Shown: in pieces, positions 19,322-30,929 of the stretch
How the letters are laid out: each line of letters opens with the position of its first letter
How positions within the stretch are numbered: position 1 is the stretch's first letter
Origin: Microcoleus sp.
GTDB taxonomy: Bacteria > Cyanobacteriota > Cyanobacteriia > Cyanobacteriales > Microcoleaceae
DNA length: 64,000 bases
Direction: 5' to 3'
Assembly: GCA_042408215.1 (NCBI GenBank)
Contig: JAYFMW010000003.1
Coordinates: 320,001 to 384,000, forward strand
Made by a program: the position numbers and the translations under genes
Notes under the pieces: generated by a model
The model's database searches: none
Seen by the model: the letters and a program-made list of their open reading frames with translations, nothing else
What the model was told of the DNA's origin: nothing

Positions 19322-22079
19322 ATGAAAAAAATACCGATTTTTACAATTTGCATTTTGTCTGTTGCTAGCACTTTTTATACTCCAAAAGCCCTAGCTGTTA
19401 ACCCAGAAATATTTGCTCGCGCCGAACTAGGACAAAGTGCACAGTCCAATGAATTACAGGGTTTAGAACGACAGGCTCAACAAGAATACGAAGCTGAGAG
19501 ATTTGCAAGTTCGATCGAGCTTTTGCAGCGCTTAGTTGCTAATTATACCGCCCAAGGCCAGAAAATCGGTCAAGCCCGGACGTTGAGAAATTTAGGACTG
19601 GTTTATTCCCAAACAGGAGAAAGGTCAAAAGCAGAAGCCGCAATTGCTGACGGTTTCAATCAATTAAAAGCTATAGAAAATTCAGCGGAACGGACAAAAA
19701 TCTTAGCTCAAATTTTAGAAGTAAAAGGACAGTTGGAATTATCCGGCGGCCAATCGGAACAAGCTCTCGAAACCTGGAAACAAGCTGGCGATGCTTACCA
19801 AGAAATCGCCGATTTTACAGGAGTGACGAGAACTCAGATCGATCGCGCTCAAGCTATGCAACAATTGGGATTGTACCATCGGGCGATCGAAACTTTGACA
19901 GCAGTCGGAGCAACTCTGCAAAATCAACCGGATTCCGTACTGAAAGCGAGGGGACTTCAGAGTTTGGGCGAGTGTCTGCGGGTAGTTGGAGATTTGGAGC
20001 GATCGCAAGCAGTTTTGCAGCAAAGTTTGATTGTAGCCGAAAAAGTGCGATCGACCGAAGCATCAGCCGCCACCCTGATTAGTTTGGGCAATTTAGCCAG
20101 AGTTCGACAACAGCCAGAAACCGCCCTAGATTTTTATCAACGCGCCCTCAAAACCTCTACTTTACCTAATACTCAAATTCAAGCATTACTCAATCAACTG
20201 AGTCTATTAACCGACCAAAAACAATGGTCGCAAGCAAAAATTTTAGCTGCACAAATACAGCCTTTAATTGCCAAGATGCCGCCCAGCAGAACCGCCGTTT
20301 ATGCTAAAATAAACTTAGCGCGCAACTGGCTGAAAATCCTACAGCAAAACCGAGGTAAAACAGAAGATAGAGATCAAATTCCCAATACTTCGGCTACGTG
20401 GCCCCTTATCCCTTCGACTGCGTTTACTCTGAGCGTAGTCGAAGGGCATCAGGCTAAACGCAGTCGAAGGGCTCAGGATAAACTCAGTCGAAGGGCTCAG
20501 TACAAGTTCCCAATTCCCAATTCCCAATTATCAAGAACCCGCCCAATTATTAGCAGATTCAGTCCAAGTCGCCCACAGCTTAAAAGACCAAAGAGCCGAA
20601 GCTTACGCCCTGGGAAATTTGGGCCAAATTTACGAAGAAAACCAGCAGTGGCCCGAAGCCAGAAAATTAACCGAAAAAGCCCTACTTTTATCCCAAGCAA
20701 TTAGCGCCCCCGATCTGGCATATCAGTGGGAATGGCAATTAGGAAGAATCCTCAAAAACCAAGGACAAACACCAGGATCACTTGCCTCCTACACTCAAGC
20801 AGTCAGCACCCTTCAGTCTCTCCGTAGCGACTTAGTTACGATTAGCTCAGATGTACAATTTTCCTTTCGAGAAAGTGTCGAACCAGTCTATCGGGAACTC
20901 GTGAGTTTGCTGTTGCAACCCACCGCTAGTAACAAACAAATCGAGCAATCAGCACTAATTCAAGCGCGACAAGTAATTGAATCTCTCCAAGTAGCTGAAC
21001 TCGACAATTTCTTTCGGGATGCTTGCAGTCAAGTGCGGCCAATAGAAATCGACAAAATCGATCCGCAAGCTGCTGTTTTTTATCCGATTATTTTGCCAGA
21101 TAGATTAGAAGTAATTGTCAGACTTCCCGGTCAACCTTTGCGACATTACACCGCCTTTGTAGGGGAAGACAAAGTAGAAGAAACCCTCACGAAAATGCGA
21201 GTAGGTTTAACAAGAAATCTGCTGCGGCGAGCTTTAACAACTTTTCTCGAACCCTCACAACAGGTTTACAATTGGTTGATTCGTCCCATCGAATCAGATT
21301 TAGCAGCCAGCGGAGTTAAAACATTAGTGTTTATTTCTGACGGTTCCCTGCGAAATATTCCTATGGCTACCCTGCATAATGGCGAACAGTATTTAGCCGA
21401 AAAATACAGCGTTGCAGTGGCCCCGGCACTACAATTAGTAGATGCCAAACCTTTAGCCAAAGAGAAATTAAAAATACTCACCGGCGGAGTCAGCGAAGCT
21501 CGCCAAGGGTTTGATGCACTCCCCGGAGTTGCATGGGAATTGCAGAGTATCGGGGCCGCAATTCCGACCACAAAACTGTTAAATCAATCTTTTACAGAAT
21601 CGAATTTAAAAGCGGCAATAAGTTCTGTTCCTTTCTCGATCATTCACTTAGCAACACACGGCGAATTCAGTTCCAAATCTGAAAATACTTTTATTCTAGC
21701 TTGGGACGATCGAATTAATTCTAAAGAGCTTAATAATCTGTTGCAACGGAATAAAAAGGACGATCGCGCGATCGAGCTTTTAGTGCTCAGCGCCTGTAGA
21801 ACCGCCGTGGGAGACAGGCGAGCCGCCTTAGGTTTAGCGGGAGTAGCCGTGCGAGCCGGAGCCCGCAGTACCTTAGCATCTTTGTGGTATGTCAGCGATG
21901 ATGCAACTGCTGTATTAATGACCAAATTTTACCAAGAATTAGCCCAGTCTCAGACAACAGGAAATAGCATCACAAAAGCTGAAGCTCTCCGCCGCGCCCA
22001 ACAAGCGCTGATGCGGGATGAGAGATTTTCTCATCCCTATTTTTGGTCGGCTTTTGTATTAGTAGGAAATTGGTTGTAA
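19322..22079 (+). pseudogene. TPR-CHAT domain protein frameshifted by a 121-bp insertion
   Basis: TPR-like N-terminus and CHAT C-terminus (IIHLATHGEF, LLVLSACRTA, HPYFWSAFVLVGNWL). Deleting 20387-20507 joins the two ORFs in frame. Confidence 0.88.
20387..20507. mobile_element. Nested palindromic mini-insertion inside an STRR tract
   Basis: ACTT...AAGT ends, internal CTTCGAC and GTCGAAGGG arms, flanked by TCCCAAT heptamers. Confidence 0.75.
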
Positions 22080-22187
22080 TCCGCCTTATTTCTTAGTCTC
22101 CGCAGAGAGGAACGAAATTTTTTGTAGGGGCTATCCCCCCGTGGTAGCCCCGATTTCCATCGCCGAGTGACTGCAAACCGCTCGTTT

Positions 22188-22520
22188 TTAATGTTCGCTA
22201 ATATGCTTAATTCCCCATGGGTGCATCGCATCAAGAATCGGTTTGAGACTTTCGCCCAAAGGCGTTAGTGAATATTCAACTTTCGGCGGAACTTGCAAAT
22301 AAATTTCCCGATGCACAATCCCGTCTGACTCCATTTCCCGCAGTTGCTGCGTCAGCATTTTCTGAGTAATGCCGTTCAAAGCTCTTTGCAGCTCGTTAAA
22401 ACGCTTCACTCCTTGAAATAGCTCCCGCAGAATCAAGACTTTCCAGCGCCCGCCAATTACCTCTAGAGTTCGTTCTACAGGGCAATTTGCTCGATCGATA
22501 CTTCCTTCTTTGACTTGCAT
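22188..22520 (-). CDS. HxlR-family transcriptional regulator
   Basis: [47 protein letters not shown]. Confidence 0.93.
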   Translation of the reverse strand: MQVKEGSIDRANCPVERTLEVIGGRWKVLILRELFQGVKRFNELQRALNGITQKMLTQQLREMESDGIVHREIYLQVPPKVEYSLTPLGESLKPILDAMHPWGIKHISEH

Positions 22521-22540
22521 AGTATCTTTTGAGTAACTAC

Positions 22541-22556
22541 CGCACTTAAAAGTGCG
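22541..22556. promoter_or_regulatory. Candidate HxlR operator
   Basis: Perfect inverted repeat CGCACTT-AA-AAGTGCG in the divergent intergenic gap. Confidence 0.5.
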
Positions 22557-22667
22557 TACTTCCCATAATAGCTTGACTCGGTTTAAAGTAGAAACATCCC
22601 AGAAATCAAACAAACTAAACCAATACATAGATTGCTGAATCTGGCATCAATCAAAAAGGAGAACACG

Positions 22668-22904
22668 ATGAGCGAACCCGTGATAGCTGATAAAAAACCC
22701 GCCGTTATGGAACTTGAACCCGGTACTTACTACTGGTGCGCCTGCGGTCAAGCTAAGAATCAGCCTTTTTGTGACGGTTCCCATAAAGGTAGCGAATTTG
22801 TGCCGCTAGCTTTTGAAGTAACTGAGAAAAGAAATGTAGCGCTGTGCAACTGCAAGTATACCGCAAATACTCCATTTTGCGACGGCGCTCATAGCAAACT
22901 TTAA
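22668..22904 (+). CDS. Two-domain CDGSH iron-sulfur protein
   Basis: WCACGQAKNQPFCDGSH and LCNCKYTANTPFCDGAH; AGGAG RBS. Confidence 0.93.
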   Translation: MSEPVIADKKPAVMELEPGTYYWCACGQAKNQPFCDGSHKGSEFVPLAFEVTEKRNVALCNCKYTANTPFCDGAHSKL

Positions 22905-23121
22905 AGGCAGCAATAATCCAGGAGAAACCAATCGCACATCAACCGCTTTTGGTTTCTTTTTCCAACTAAATAGGACTTAAGCATCAATACCAAAGAAACC
23001 GGGTTTTTCACCGATATTAAAGGCTGCAATGCACTATTTTCGTAAAAAACAGACGGTTTCTCCGTCCAATACGGCTAAACAAACACCACAATTTTCATGA
23101 TTTTTAAACTAGGAGTAGAAG

Positions 23122-23820
23122 ATGATTACTGTTCGCAAAAGTGAAGCCAGAGGACACGCCAATCATGGTTGGCTGGACAGTTATCACACATTTTCTTTTG
23201 CCAATTATTACGACCCAAATTATATGAGCTTTCGCTCTTTACGGGTAATTAATGAAGATATCATTAACCCCGGCAAAGGTTTCGGCACTCACGGCCACAC
23301 CGACATGGAAATCATTACTTATGTATTGGAAGGAGCCTTAGAACATAAGGACAGTTTGGGTACTGGTGCGATAATTAAACCCGGTGAAGTGCAGCGGATG
23401 AGTGCAGGTAAGGGCATCCAGCACAGCGAGTTCAATCCCTCGCAAACAGACCCGGTTCATTTACTGCAAATTTGGCTTTTGCCGGATACAAATGGATTGC
23501 CGCCAAGTTACGAACAGCGAGATTTTCCCCTAGCAGAAAGGCGGGGAAAATTGCGATTAGTTGCGGCGCGGGATGCTAGAGATGGTGCGCTGAAAGTGCA
23601 TCAAGATGTCGATTTATATGCGGCTGTTTTGGATAAAAACGCGCGGGTTTCTCATGCTTTGCAGTCAAATCGCCATGCTTGGGTACAAGTGGCTCGCGGC
23701 TCAGTTTTGCTCAATGGTTTGCCTTTAGAAAAGGGCGACGGGGCGGCGGTTAGCGATGAGTCTGAGGTTGTTGTTGAAGCGACAGCAGATGCTGAAATCT
23801 TGCTGTTTGATTTAGCGTAA
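23122..23820 (+). CDS. Pirin family protein (YhhW-like)
   Basis: RGHANHGWLDSYHTFSF, HGHTDMEI, QRMSAGKGIQHSE, LLQIW. Confidence 0.95.
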   Translation: MITVRKSEARGHANHGWLDSYHTFSFANYYDPNYMSFRSLRVINEDIINPGKGFGTHGHTDMEIITYVLEGALEHKDSLGTGAIIKPGEVQRMSAGKGIQHSEFNPSQTDPVHLLQIWLLPDTNGLPPSYEQRDFPLAERRGKLRLVAARDARDGALKVHQDVDLYAAVLDKNARVSHALQSNRHAWVQVARGSVLLNGLPLEKGDGAAVSDESEVVVEATADAEILLFDLA

Positions 23821-23833
23821 ATTTGAATGGGAA

Positions 23834-23864
23834 ATCCCCGACTTCTCCCAGAAGTCGGGGATTT
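23834..23864 (+). terminator. Stem-loop after pirin
   Basis: ATCCCCGACTTCT-CCC-AGAAGTCGGGGAT; a similar hairpin lies near 12992-13017. Confidence 0.6.
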
Positions 23865-24184
23865 GAGAACCCTCGGCGGTTGAAACCGCTACTACACAAA
23901 CGAAGTCCAATCTTAACGGACTAAGAAATTAAGACACCATCCAAGATTTTGTCCCAAAAATACCTGCTACAAGTTCAGGAATGCCAAAATCAACATCTAA
24001 TTTCTTTCACTCTTTTCTTTCTTACTCTCCACCCTCTGCGCTCTCTGCGCTCTCTGCGGTTAATCAAAAAAACTATTTTACAAATAACATAGGATTGCCA
24101 TAGCTGAAATTTGTGTCAAAATATGCCACAAGCCGGAAAACTTTTCCGTCAGTTGAGATATTGATATGTTAAGTTGAAAAAAAA

Positions 24185-25828
24185 ATGAATTACAGCAGAA
24201 CAATTCCGGCTTTTTTGAGTGCTACGATCGCCCTAAGTGCGATCGCCCTCATCCCAGTTACATCACCTCAAATCGCCCTAGCCTTAACCGCCGACCAAGT
24301 TAAAACCGTTGCTAAAGCTGTCACCGTCCGCATAGAAGGGCCAAAGGGCGGTTCTGGAGTAATTTTAGAAAAAAAAGGTAACACCTACTATATCCTCACT
24401 AACTGGCACGTTGTAGATCAAGCCGGCGATTATCGGGCGATAACTCCCGATGGTCGAGCTCACTCTGTATACTATACTTTGATCCGGCGAATGCCCGGTG
24501 CGGATTTGGCGATCGTCCCCTTCAGCAGCCCTGAAAGCTACCGCCTCGCGACCTTGGCTAATTCCCCAGCAACTGCGGGAAAAAGGGTTTCCGTGGCTGG
24601 CTGGCCGATATCCGGTGGTTCCCTCAGACAGCCGATTTTCATTGCCACAGAAGGCTTGCTCACCGGCCGCCAGACTCCCTGGAACGGTTATACATTGGTA
24701 TACAATAACTTAGTGAGAGCGGGGATGAGTGGCGGCCCAGTGCTCGACGATGGGGGGCGACTTGTGGCAATTAACGGCATTGTTAGGTTAGAGGAAAATT
24801 CGGATAAAATCGTGGCGGCGGGGATAGAAATCAATACTTTCATGAAATGGCGATCGACTATTTCGCTACCGGTAGTCCCCCAATCTCCAACCGCCACAAC
24901 TCCGCAAACTCCGGTTAACAATTCCCCCCGCAAACCTGCAAGTGCGATCGCCTTTGCTGCTACAAATACTCTCAAAGCGCCTTCTGAAGTAGTGAGTTCA
25001 GTTTCCCTGGCTGCTGCTTATTTTGCAACAGGAAATAGTAACGGCACTATCTCTGTCTGGAATTTACCGGGCGGAGAATTAAAAACTACGTTGCGGAGTC
25101 ACGGGGAATCAGTAAATGCAGTAGCAATGAGTGCAGATGGGAAAATTTTAGCTAGCGGTAGCGATGACAAAACTGTTAAAATTTGGAATTTAGAAACAGG
25201 TGCGGTAACACGCACTTTGAGCGGGCATTCCGATGCAGTTTCGACGGTTGCTATTAGTCCCGACGGTGAGTTTTTAGTTAGCGGTAGTTGGGACAAAACG
25301 ATTAAAATTTGGCAGGGGAAAACGGGGGAGTTGCTGCGGACTTTGACCGGGCATTCTGGGTTGGTGAATGCTGTTACCATCAGTCCCGACAGCCAAGTTT
25401 TAGCTAGCGGTAGCAAAGACGGTTCGATTAAGTTATGGGATTTAGCCACAGGTCAAGCAATTCGCACGATTAGTGGCAAGAATTTGTCTGTTTTGTCATT
25501 AGCTTTTAGTCCCGATGGCAAGAGTTTAGCGGCGGGAAACAGCAACGGTACAATTGGTTTGTGGAATGTAGGAAACGGGCAGTTAATTCGGCGTTTGAGC
25601 GGCCATACGGATGGGGTTTGGTCGGTGGCAATTAGTCGGGATGGTAGTACGCTGGTTAGTGGGAGTTGGGATAAGACTGTTAAGCTTTGGGATGTGCGAT
25701 CGGGTGATTTGAGGGGTACTTTGAGCGGGCATTCTGGCTATGTTAGTGCTGTGGCTATTAGTGGGGATGGTAAGACTATTGTTAGTGCTGGTTGGTTGGG
25801 GGAAATTAAGATTTGGAACAGGAGTTGA
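24185..25828 (+). CDS. Exported trypsin-like serine protease with WD40 repeats
   Basis: Signal peptide, GSGVI, LTNWHVV, DLAI, GMSGGPV; GH...SGSxDKTVKIW repeats. Confidence 0.92.
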   Translation: MNYSRTIPAFLSATIALSAIALIPVTSPQIALALTADQVKTVAKAVTVRIEGPKGGSGVILEKKGNTYYILTNWHVVDQAGDYRAITPDGRAHSVYYTLIRRMPGADLAIVPFSSPESYRLATLANSPATAGKRVSVAGWPISGGSLRQPIFIATEGLLTGRQTPWNGYTLVYNNLVRAGMSGGPVLDDGGRLVAINGIVRLEENSDKIVAAGIEINTFMKWRSTISLPVVPQSPTATTPQTPVNNSPRKPASAIAFAATNTLKAPSEVVSSVSLAAAYFATGNSNGTISVWNLPGGELKTTLRSHGESVNAVAMSADGKILASGSDDKTVKIWNLETGAVTRTLSGHSDAVSTVAISPDGEFLVSGSWDKTIKIWQGKTGELLRTLTGHSGLVNAVTISPDSQVLASGSKDGSIKLWDLATGQAIRTISGKNLSVLSLAFSPDGKSLAAGNSNGTIGLWNVGNGQLIRRLSGHTDGVWSVAISRDGSTLVSGSWDKTVKLWDVRSGDLRGTLSGHSGYVSAVAISGDGKTIVSAGWLGEIKIWNRS

Positions 25829-26459
25829 GTTTTTTTTTATTAACCGCAGAGGGCGCAGAGGGCGCAGAGGAGGAGAAGAGAGCAGAGGGTTTGCATTTGA
25901 TTGAGTAGTGTTATGCGATTATCTGTGGATGCTCCGGTAGTTAATCCCCAAGGCTCAATTTGTGATTGTTTTTAATGCTGAGTTCAACCTAGGCACTGCC
26001 CCTAGCAGTAGCGAATGCAGCTAGTTGAGGGTTGATTTTGAATGCGATCGCACTTCCATCTTATCCTCCCGGCCCGATCGCATTCGTAGTACCAGACTAC
26101 TGTCTTTCTTCTACAGTTTTTCCGATCCCCCCTAGCCCCCCTTAAGAAGGGGGGAACCGGAGTATTCTCAATGTCCCCCAACAATCAGGGGGATGCGAGG
26201 GGGATCGAGACTTCGATACAAGCGAGATAACACCAGCCCGAAACAAGCGTCCCGGTTCCAAGTACGATCGTCAGTTGTGATAAATTTGGTTATTGCCGGA
26301 CTAGAGTCAAAAATTAGTTCTAGCCCGGATGTTTCCATCGAAAATCCTTGCATCGCCCGATCGCAAGAATTGGGTCACAATCCCCCGGATTCATCTGTGG
26401 GTCGCCTTTAAAATCTAAAATCTAAAATCTAAAATCTAAAATCGCGTGACTTCTGAAAC

Positions 26460-29041
26460 ATGATTGAAGTAGAACACTTAACCAAAACTTACGGTTCCAC
26501 CGCAGCGATCGCGGATGTGTCTTTCTCGGTCGCATCAGGAGAAATTCTCGGGTTTTTGGGGCCCAACGGTGCCGGCAAAACCACCACCATGCGGATTTTG
26601 TCGGGATACTTACCAGCATCCAGCGGCACCGCCCGCATTGCCGGCCTCGATGTTCACGAACACTCGATGGCTGTCAGACAACGCATCGGCTATCTACCGG
26701 AAAACCCGCCGCTGTATCCTGAAATGACCGTTGAAGGATTTCTGTTTTTTGTCGCCCGGATTAAGCAAGTATCGGCGGGCGATCGCGCGTTCCGAGTCAC
26801 CTCGGCCATCGAACGCTGTGGCTTGGTCGAAAAACGCAAAGTTTTAATCCGCAAACTTTCCAAGGGCTTTAAGCAGCGAGTAGGCATCGCTCAGGCGATC
26901 GTCCATGACCCCCCGGTGATTATCCTCGATGAACCAACCGTCGGTCTTGACCCCCGCCAAATCATCGAAGTCCGCAATTTAATCAAAAGCCTTGGGGGAC
27001 AGCACACAATCATCCTTTCCACTCACATTTTGCCGGAAGTCAGCATGACTTGTAACCGCGTCACCATCATCAATCGCGGTCAAATCGTCGCCGCCGGTAG
27101 TCCCGAACATTTGATGGGAGAGTTGGCCGCAGGTTCGGGATATGAATTGGAAGTTGAAGGCGAGGCGGAGTTAGTACAAACTTTGCTGTTCCCGTCTTTG
27201 GAAAATTTACCTCGGAGTTCGATCGATCGAATTGATTCAAAACCAGGAATTTTTGGCTGGTCATTATCGGTTGCGCGCACTCTGCGAACCCGACATAGAA
27301 CCGGGCCGAGAAATTGCCGCGGCCATACTCGCGGCTGGGTTTGGACTCTGCGAAATGCGCCGGACTCGCGCCAGCATGGAAGATGTGTTTTTGAAGTTGA
27401 CAACCGCAGATAAGAAGCAGGGAGAGGTTTTAGTTGAAACCGAACCGGAGGTTGCTCAAAATCTGCAAGTTGCGGAAGATTTGCTTATTGCAGAAAGACA
27501 AGAGTCCATCGATAGTTTTCCAGCAGAATCAGAACCCATTGTCGAAGATTTGCAAGTTGCAGAAATCCCAGATGCGCTCGAACTTTCTGAACCAGAATCA
27601 GAACCGATTGCAGAAAGACAAGAGTCCCTTTACGATTCTAAACTAACACCAGAACCGATTGCGGAAATCCCAGATGCGCTCGAACTTTCTGAACTAGAAT
27701 CTGAACCGGTTGTAGAAACAGAAGATGCGCTCGAACTTTCTCAACCCGAATCTGAACCGGTTGCGGAAATCCCAGATGCGCTCGAACATTCTCAACCCGA
27801 ATCTGAACCGGTTGCGGAAACAAAAGATGCGCTCGAACATTCTCAACCCGAATCTGAACCGGTTGCGGAAACAAAAGATGCGCTCGAACTTTCTCAACCC
27901 GAATCAGAACCGGTTGCGGAAACAAAAGATGCGCTCGAACTTTCTGAACTAGAACCGGTTGCGGAAATCCCAGATGCGATCGAACTTTCTGAACTAGAAC
28001 CGGTTGCGGAAACAAAAGATGCGCTCGAACTTTCTCAACCCGAATAGAACCGGTTGCGGAAATCCCAGATGCGATCGAACTTTCTGAACCAGAATCAGAA
28101 CCGGTTGCGGAAACAAAAGATGCGCTCGAACTTTCTGAACTAGAACTAGAACCGGTTGCGGAAACAAAAGATGCGCTCGAACTTTCTGAACTAGAACCGG
28201 TTGCGGAAACAAAAGATGCGCTCGAACTTTCTGAACCAGAACTAGAACCGGTTGCGGAAATCCCAGATGCGCTCGAACTTTCTGAACCAGAACCTGTTGC
28301 GGAAACAGAAGATGCGATCGAACATTCTCAACCCGAATCAGAACCAGTTGCGGAAATCCCAGATGCGATCGAACATTCTCCACCCGAACTAGAACCGGTT
28401 GTAGAAACAGAAGATGCGCTCGAACTTTCTGAACCAGAACTAGAACCGGTTGCGGAAATCCCAGATGCGATCGAACATTCTCCACCCGAACTAGAACCGG
28501 TTGTAGAAACAGAAGATGCGCTCGAACTTTCTGAACCAGAACCTGTTGCGGAAACAGAAGATGCGATCGAACATTCTGAACTAGAACCGGTTGCGGAAAT
28601 CCCAGATGCGATCGAACTTTCTGAACCCTAGAACCGGTTGCGGAAACAGAAGATGCGATCGAACATTCTGAACTAGAACCGGTTGCGGAAATCCCAGATG
28701 CGATCGAACTTTCTGAACCCGAATCAGAACCGGTTGCGGAAACAAAAGATGCGCTCGAACATTCTCAACTAGAACCGGTTGCGGAAATCCCAGATGCGCT
28801 CGAACTTTCTCAACTAGAACCGGTTGCGGAAACAAAAGATGCGCTCGAACTTTCTCAACTAGAACCGGTTGCGGAAACAAAAGATGCGCTCGAACTTTCT
28901 CAACTAGAACCGGTTGCGGAAACAAAAGATGCGCTCGAACTTTCTCAACCAAAAACAGTTGTCGAAAATCTGCCACCTAAAAAAAAGCAACAAACTAGCA
29001 GCGACAACGAACCCACCCCTCTCGCCGACAATCCAGAGTAA
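26460..29041 (+). pseudogene. ABC ATP-binding protein (GldA-like) with a long Glu/Pro-rich repeat tail, broken by three frameshifts (may be assembly errors)
   Basis: GPNGAGKTT, LSKGFKQR, ILDEPT, STH. Frame breaks near 27213, 28045 and 28628; the last frame ends ...DNPE* at 29041. Confidence 0.8.
27553..28950 (+). repeat. Coding tandem repeat of 45-51-bp units, roughly 28-30 copies
   Basis: GAACCGGTTGCGGAAA(CAAAA/TCCCA)GATGCG(C/A)TCGAAC(T/A)TTCT encodes EPVAE(TK/IP)DA(L/I)E(L/H)S. Confidence 0.95.
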
Positions 29042-29093
29042 ACCATCCCCCATCCCCCATCCCCCATCCCCCATCCCCCATTCCCCATTCCCA

Positions 29094-29894
29094 ATGTTAA
29101 TAATGATCAGTAATATTGTCGCAATTTACCGCAAAGAACTGCAAAGCTATTTTGCTTCGCCATTAGCCTATGCGATCGCAGCAGTCTTTTGGCTCATCAC
29201 CGGCTACTTTTTAATCGCCATTCTCCTCGCCCCCGACGGATTAATTCCCCAAATCGCCCAGCGAGATCAAATGGGAATTACCGAACCACCCATCGACGTT
29301 CCCTACGAATTTCTGCAACTCTTCCTGCGAATTATGGGCTCCCTTTCATTATTCGTATTACCCGCACTCTCAATGGGACTTTACGCAGAAGAACGCAAGC
29401 GCGGAACCCTAGAACTATTAGCCACATCACCCTTAACTAACTGGGCAGTTGCTACCGGAAAACTCCTCGGGGTTTTAACATTTTACACCACAATGTTACT
29501 GCCCCTACTCTTCTGCGAGGCGATCGCCTTGAGTTCCTCAAACCCTCCCGTAACCTCCGCCGTTCTTCTACTAGGACACGGCGGCTTAATCTTGCTAGCA
29601 GCCGGAGTATTGTCCCTAGGAATGTTTATTTCCTCCCTCACAGACAGCACAATTTTATCAGCCATCCTTACCTTCGCTCTAGTATTATTTCTATGGGTGA
29701 TTGATGCAGCCGCAGTCGGTATCGGTGGGCCCTTCGGAGCAGCATTAGGACAACTTTCTTTGCTAACACATTACACCAATCTTGTCAAGGGAGTTTTCGA
29801 CACCAGCAGTTTAATTATGTTTGCCAGTTACATTATTTTAGGAGTATTTCTCACAGCCCAATCCATCGACACCTTGCGCTATCAACGTTCTTAA
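29094..29894 (+). CDS. ABC-2 permease (GldF-like)
   Basis: IYRKELQSYFASPLAY, MGLYAEERKRGTLELLATSP, GKLL, multiple TM helices. Confidence 0.92.
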   Translation: MLIMISNIVAIYRKELQSYFASPLAYAIAAVFWLITGYFLIAILLAPDGLIPQIAQRDQMGITEPPIDVPYEFLQLFLRIMGSLSLFVLPALSMGLYAEERKRGTLELLATSPLTNWAVATGKLLGVLTFYTTMLLPLLFCEAIALSSSNPPVTSAVLLLGHGGLILLAAGVLSLGMFISSLTDSTILSAILTFALVLFLWVIDAAAVGIGGPFGAALGQLSLLTHYTNLVKGVFDTSSLIMFASYIILGVFLTAQSIDTLRYQRS

Positions 29895-29982
29895 AAAAAC
29901 ATCAGGGACCAGGATCGTTGGTAGCCAACAACAAATAACAAATAACCCATAACTAATCACCAATAACCAAGTACATCAAACA

Positions 29983-30900
29983 ATGAAATTCATCAATCCC
30001 AAAATCGACTTAGCGTTCAAAAAGATCTTCGCTTCCAGCGACAGCAAAGACATTCTGATTAATTTTTTAAACGCCATTCTCTATGAAGCACAGCCCGTCA
30101 TCGAAGACTTAGAAATAATCCACCCCCAAACAGAAAACCCAACTGGCGGAGTCCAAGACACCTACCTAGAGATCAAAGCTAAAATTAACTGCGATCAAAT
30201 AGCTTTGATCGAACTTCAAATGATCAACGTGTCCTCCTTCGGAAAAAGACTTTTGTACAATGCTGAAAAAACCTATAGCCTCGAATTCACACCAGAAGAA
30301 CGCTACGAAAAACTCAAACAAGTAATCTCTTTAAAAATTGCCGACTTTGAAATGTTTCCTAATCAGAAACAATTCATTTCGCGGTTTGTTTTTAAGGAAA
30401 AAGAGCAACAGCTTGATTATCCAGATACTGAAATAGAATTAGTATTTGTCGAAATGCCAAAATTTAGCAAACAATTAGCAGAATTAGAAACAACCGCCGA
30501 CCAATGGATTTACTTTCTCAAAAATACTAGCACTTTGGAGACAATCCCCGAAAAATTGAGCGCAGTTCCCGAAATTCAGAAAGCCTTTCAACTGGCTAGC
30601 GACTCCAACTTCACTCAGCAAGAATTAAAGGAATTACAGCATCACGAATTGTGGGTTCACGACCAGCAGAGTGCCATAGATATGGCCAGAGAGGATGCGA
30701 CAAAAACAGCTCAATTATCGTTAATAATGCGTCAAATGGTGCGACGTTTAGGTACAATAGAGCCGGAAATAGAAAACCGCATCCGTCAATTATCCGTACA
30801 GCAATTAGAAAAGCTAGGAGACACCGTGCTAGATTTCAAAAATCTGTCAGATATCACAGCATGGTTGCAGATAAATCTGGTAGAAAATAACCTTCTCTAA
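29983..30900 (+). CDS. Rpn family PD-(D/E)XK protein with a DUF4351-like tail
   Basis: MKFINPKIDLAFKKIF, IELQ, KRLLYN, VEMPKF, WIYFLK; tail IRQLSVQQLEKLGDTVLDF. Confidence 0.88.
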   Translation: MKFINPKIDLAFKKIFASSDSKDILINFLNAILYEAQPVIEDLEIIHPQTENPTGGVQDTYLEIKAKINCDQIALIELQMINVSSFGKRLLYNAEKTYSLEFTPEERYEKLKQVISLKIADFEMFPNQKQFISRFVFKEKEQQLDYPDTEIELVFVEMPKFSKQLAELETTADQWIYFLKNTSTLETIPEKLSAVPEIQKAFQLASDSNFTQQELKELQHHELWVHDQQSAIDMAREDATKTAQLSLIMRQMVRRLGTIEPEIENRIRQLSVQQLEKLGDTVLDFKNLSDITAWLQINLVENNLL

Positions 30901-30929
30901 CCTCAAAATAGTCACCCAATATTTACCTT

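Noticed and set aside
27434..28976. Alternative-frame and minus-strand repeat ORFs
   Set aside because: They are by-products of the EPVAE coding repeat. ORF 32090-32713 is likewise antisense to the Pro/Thr repeat.
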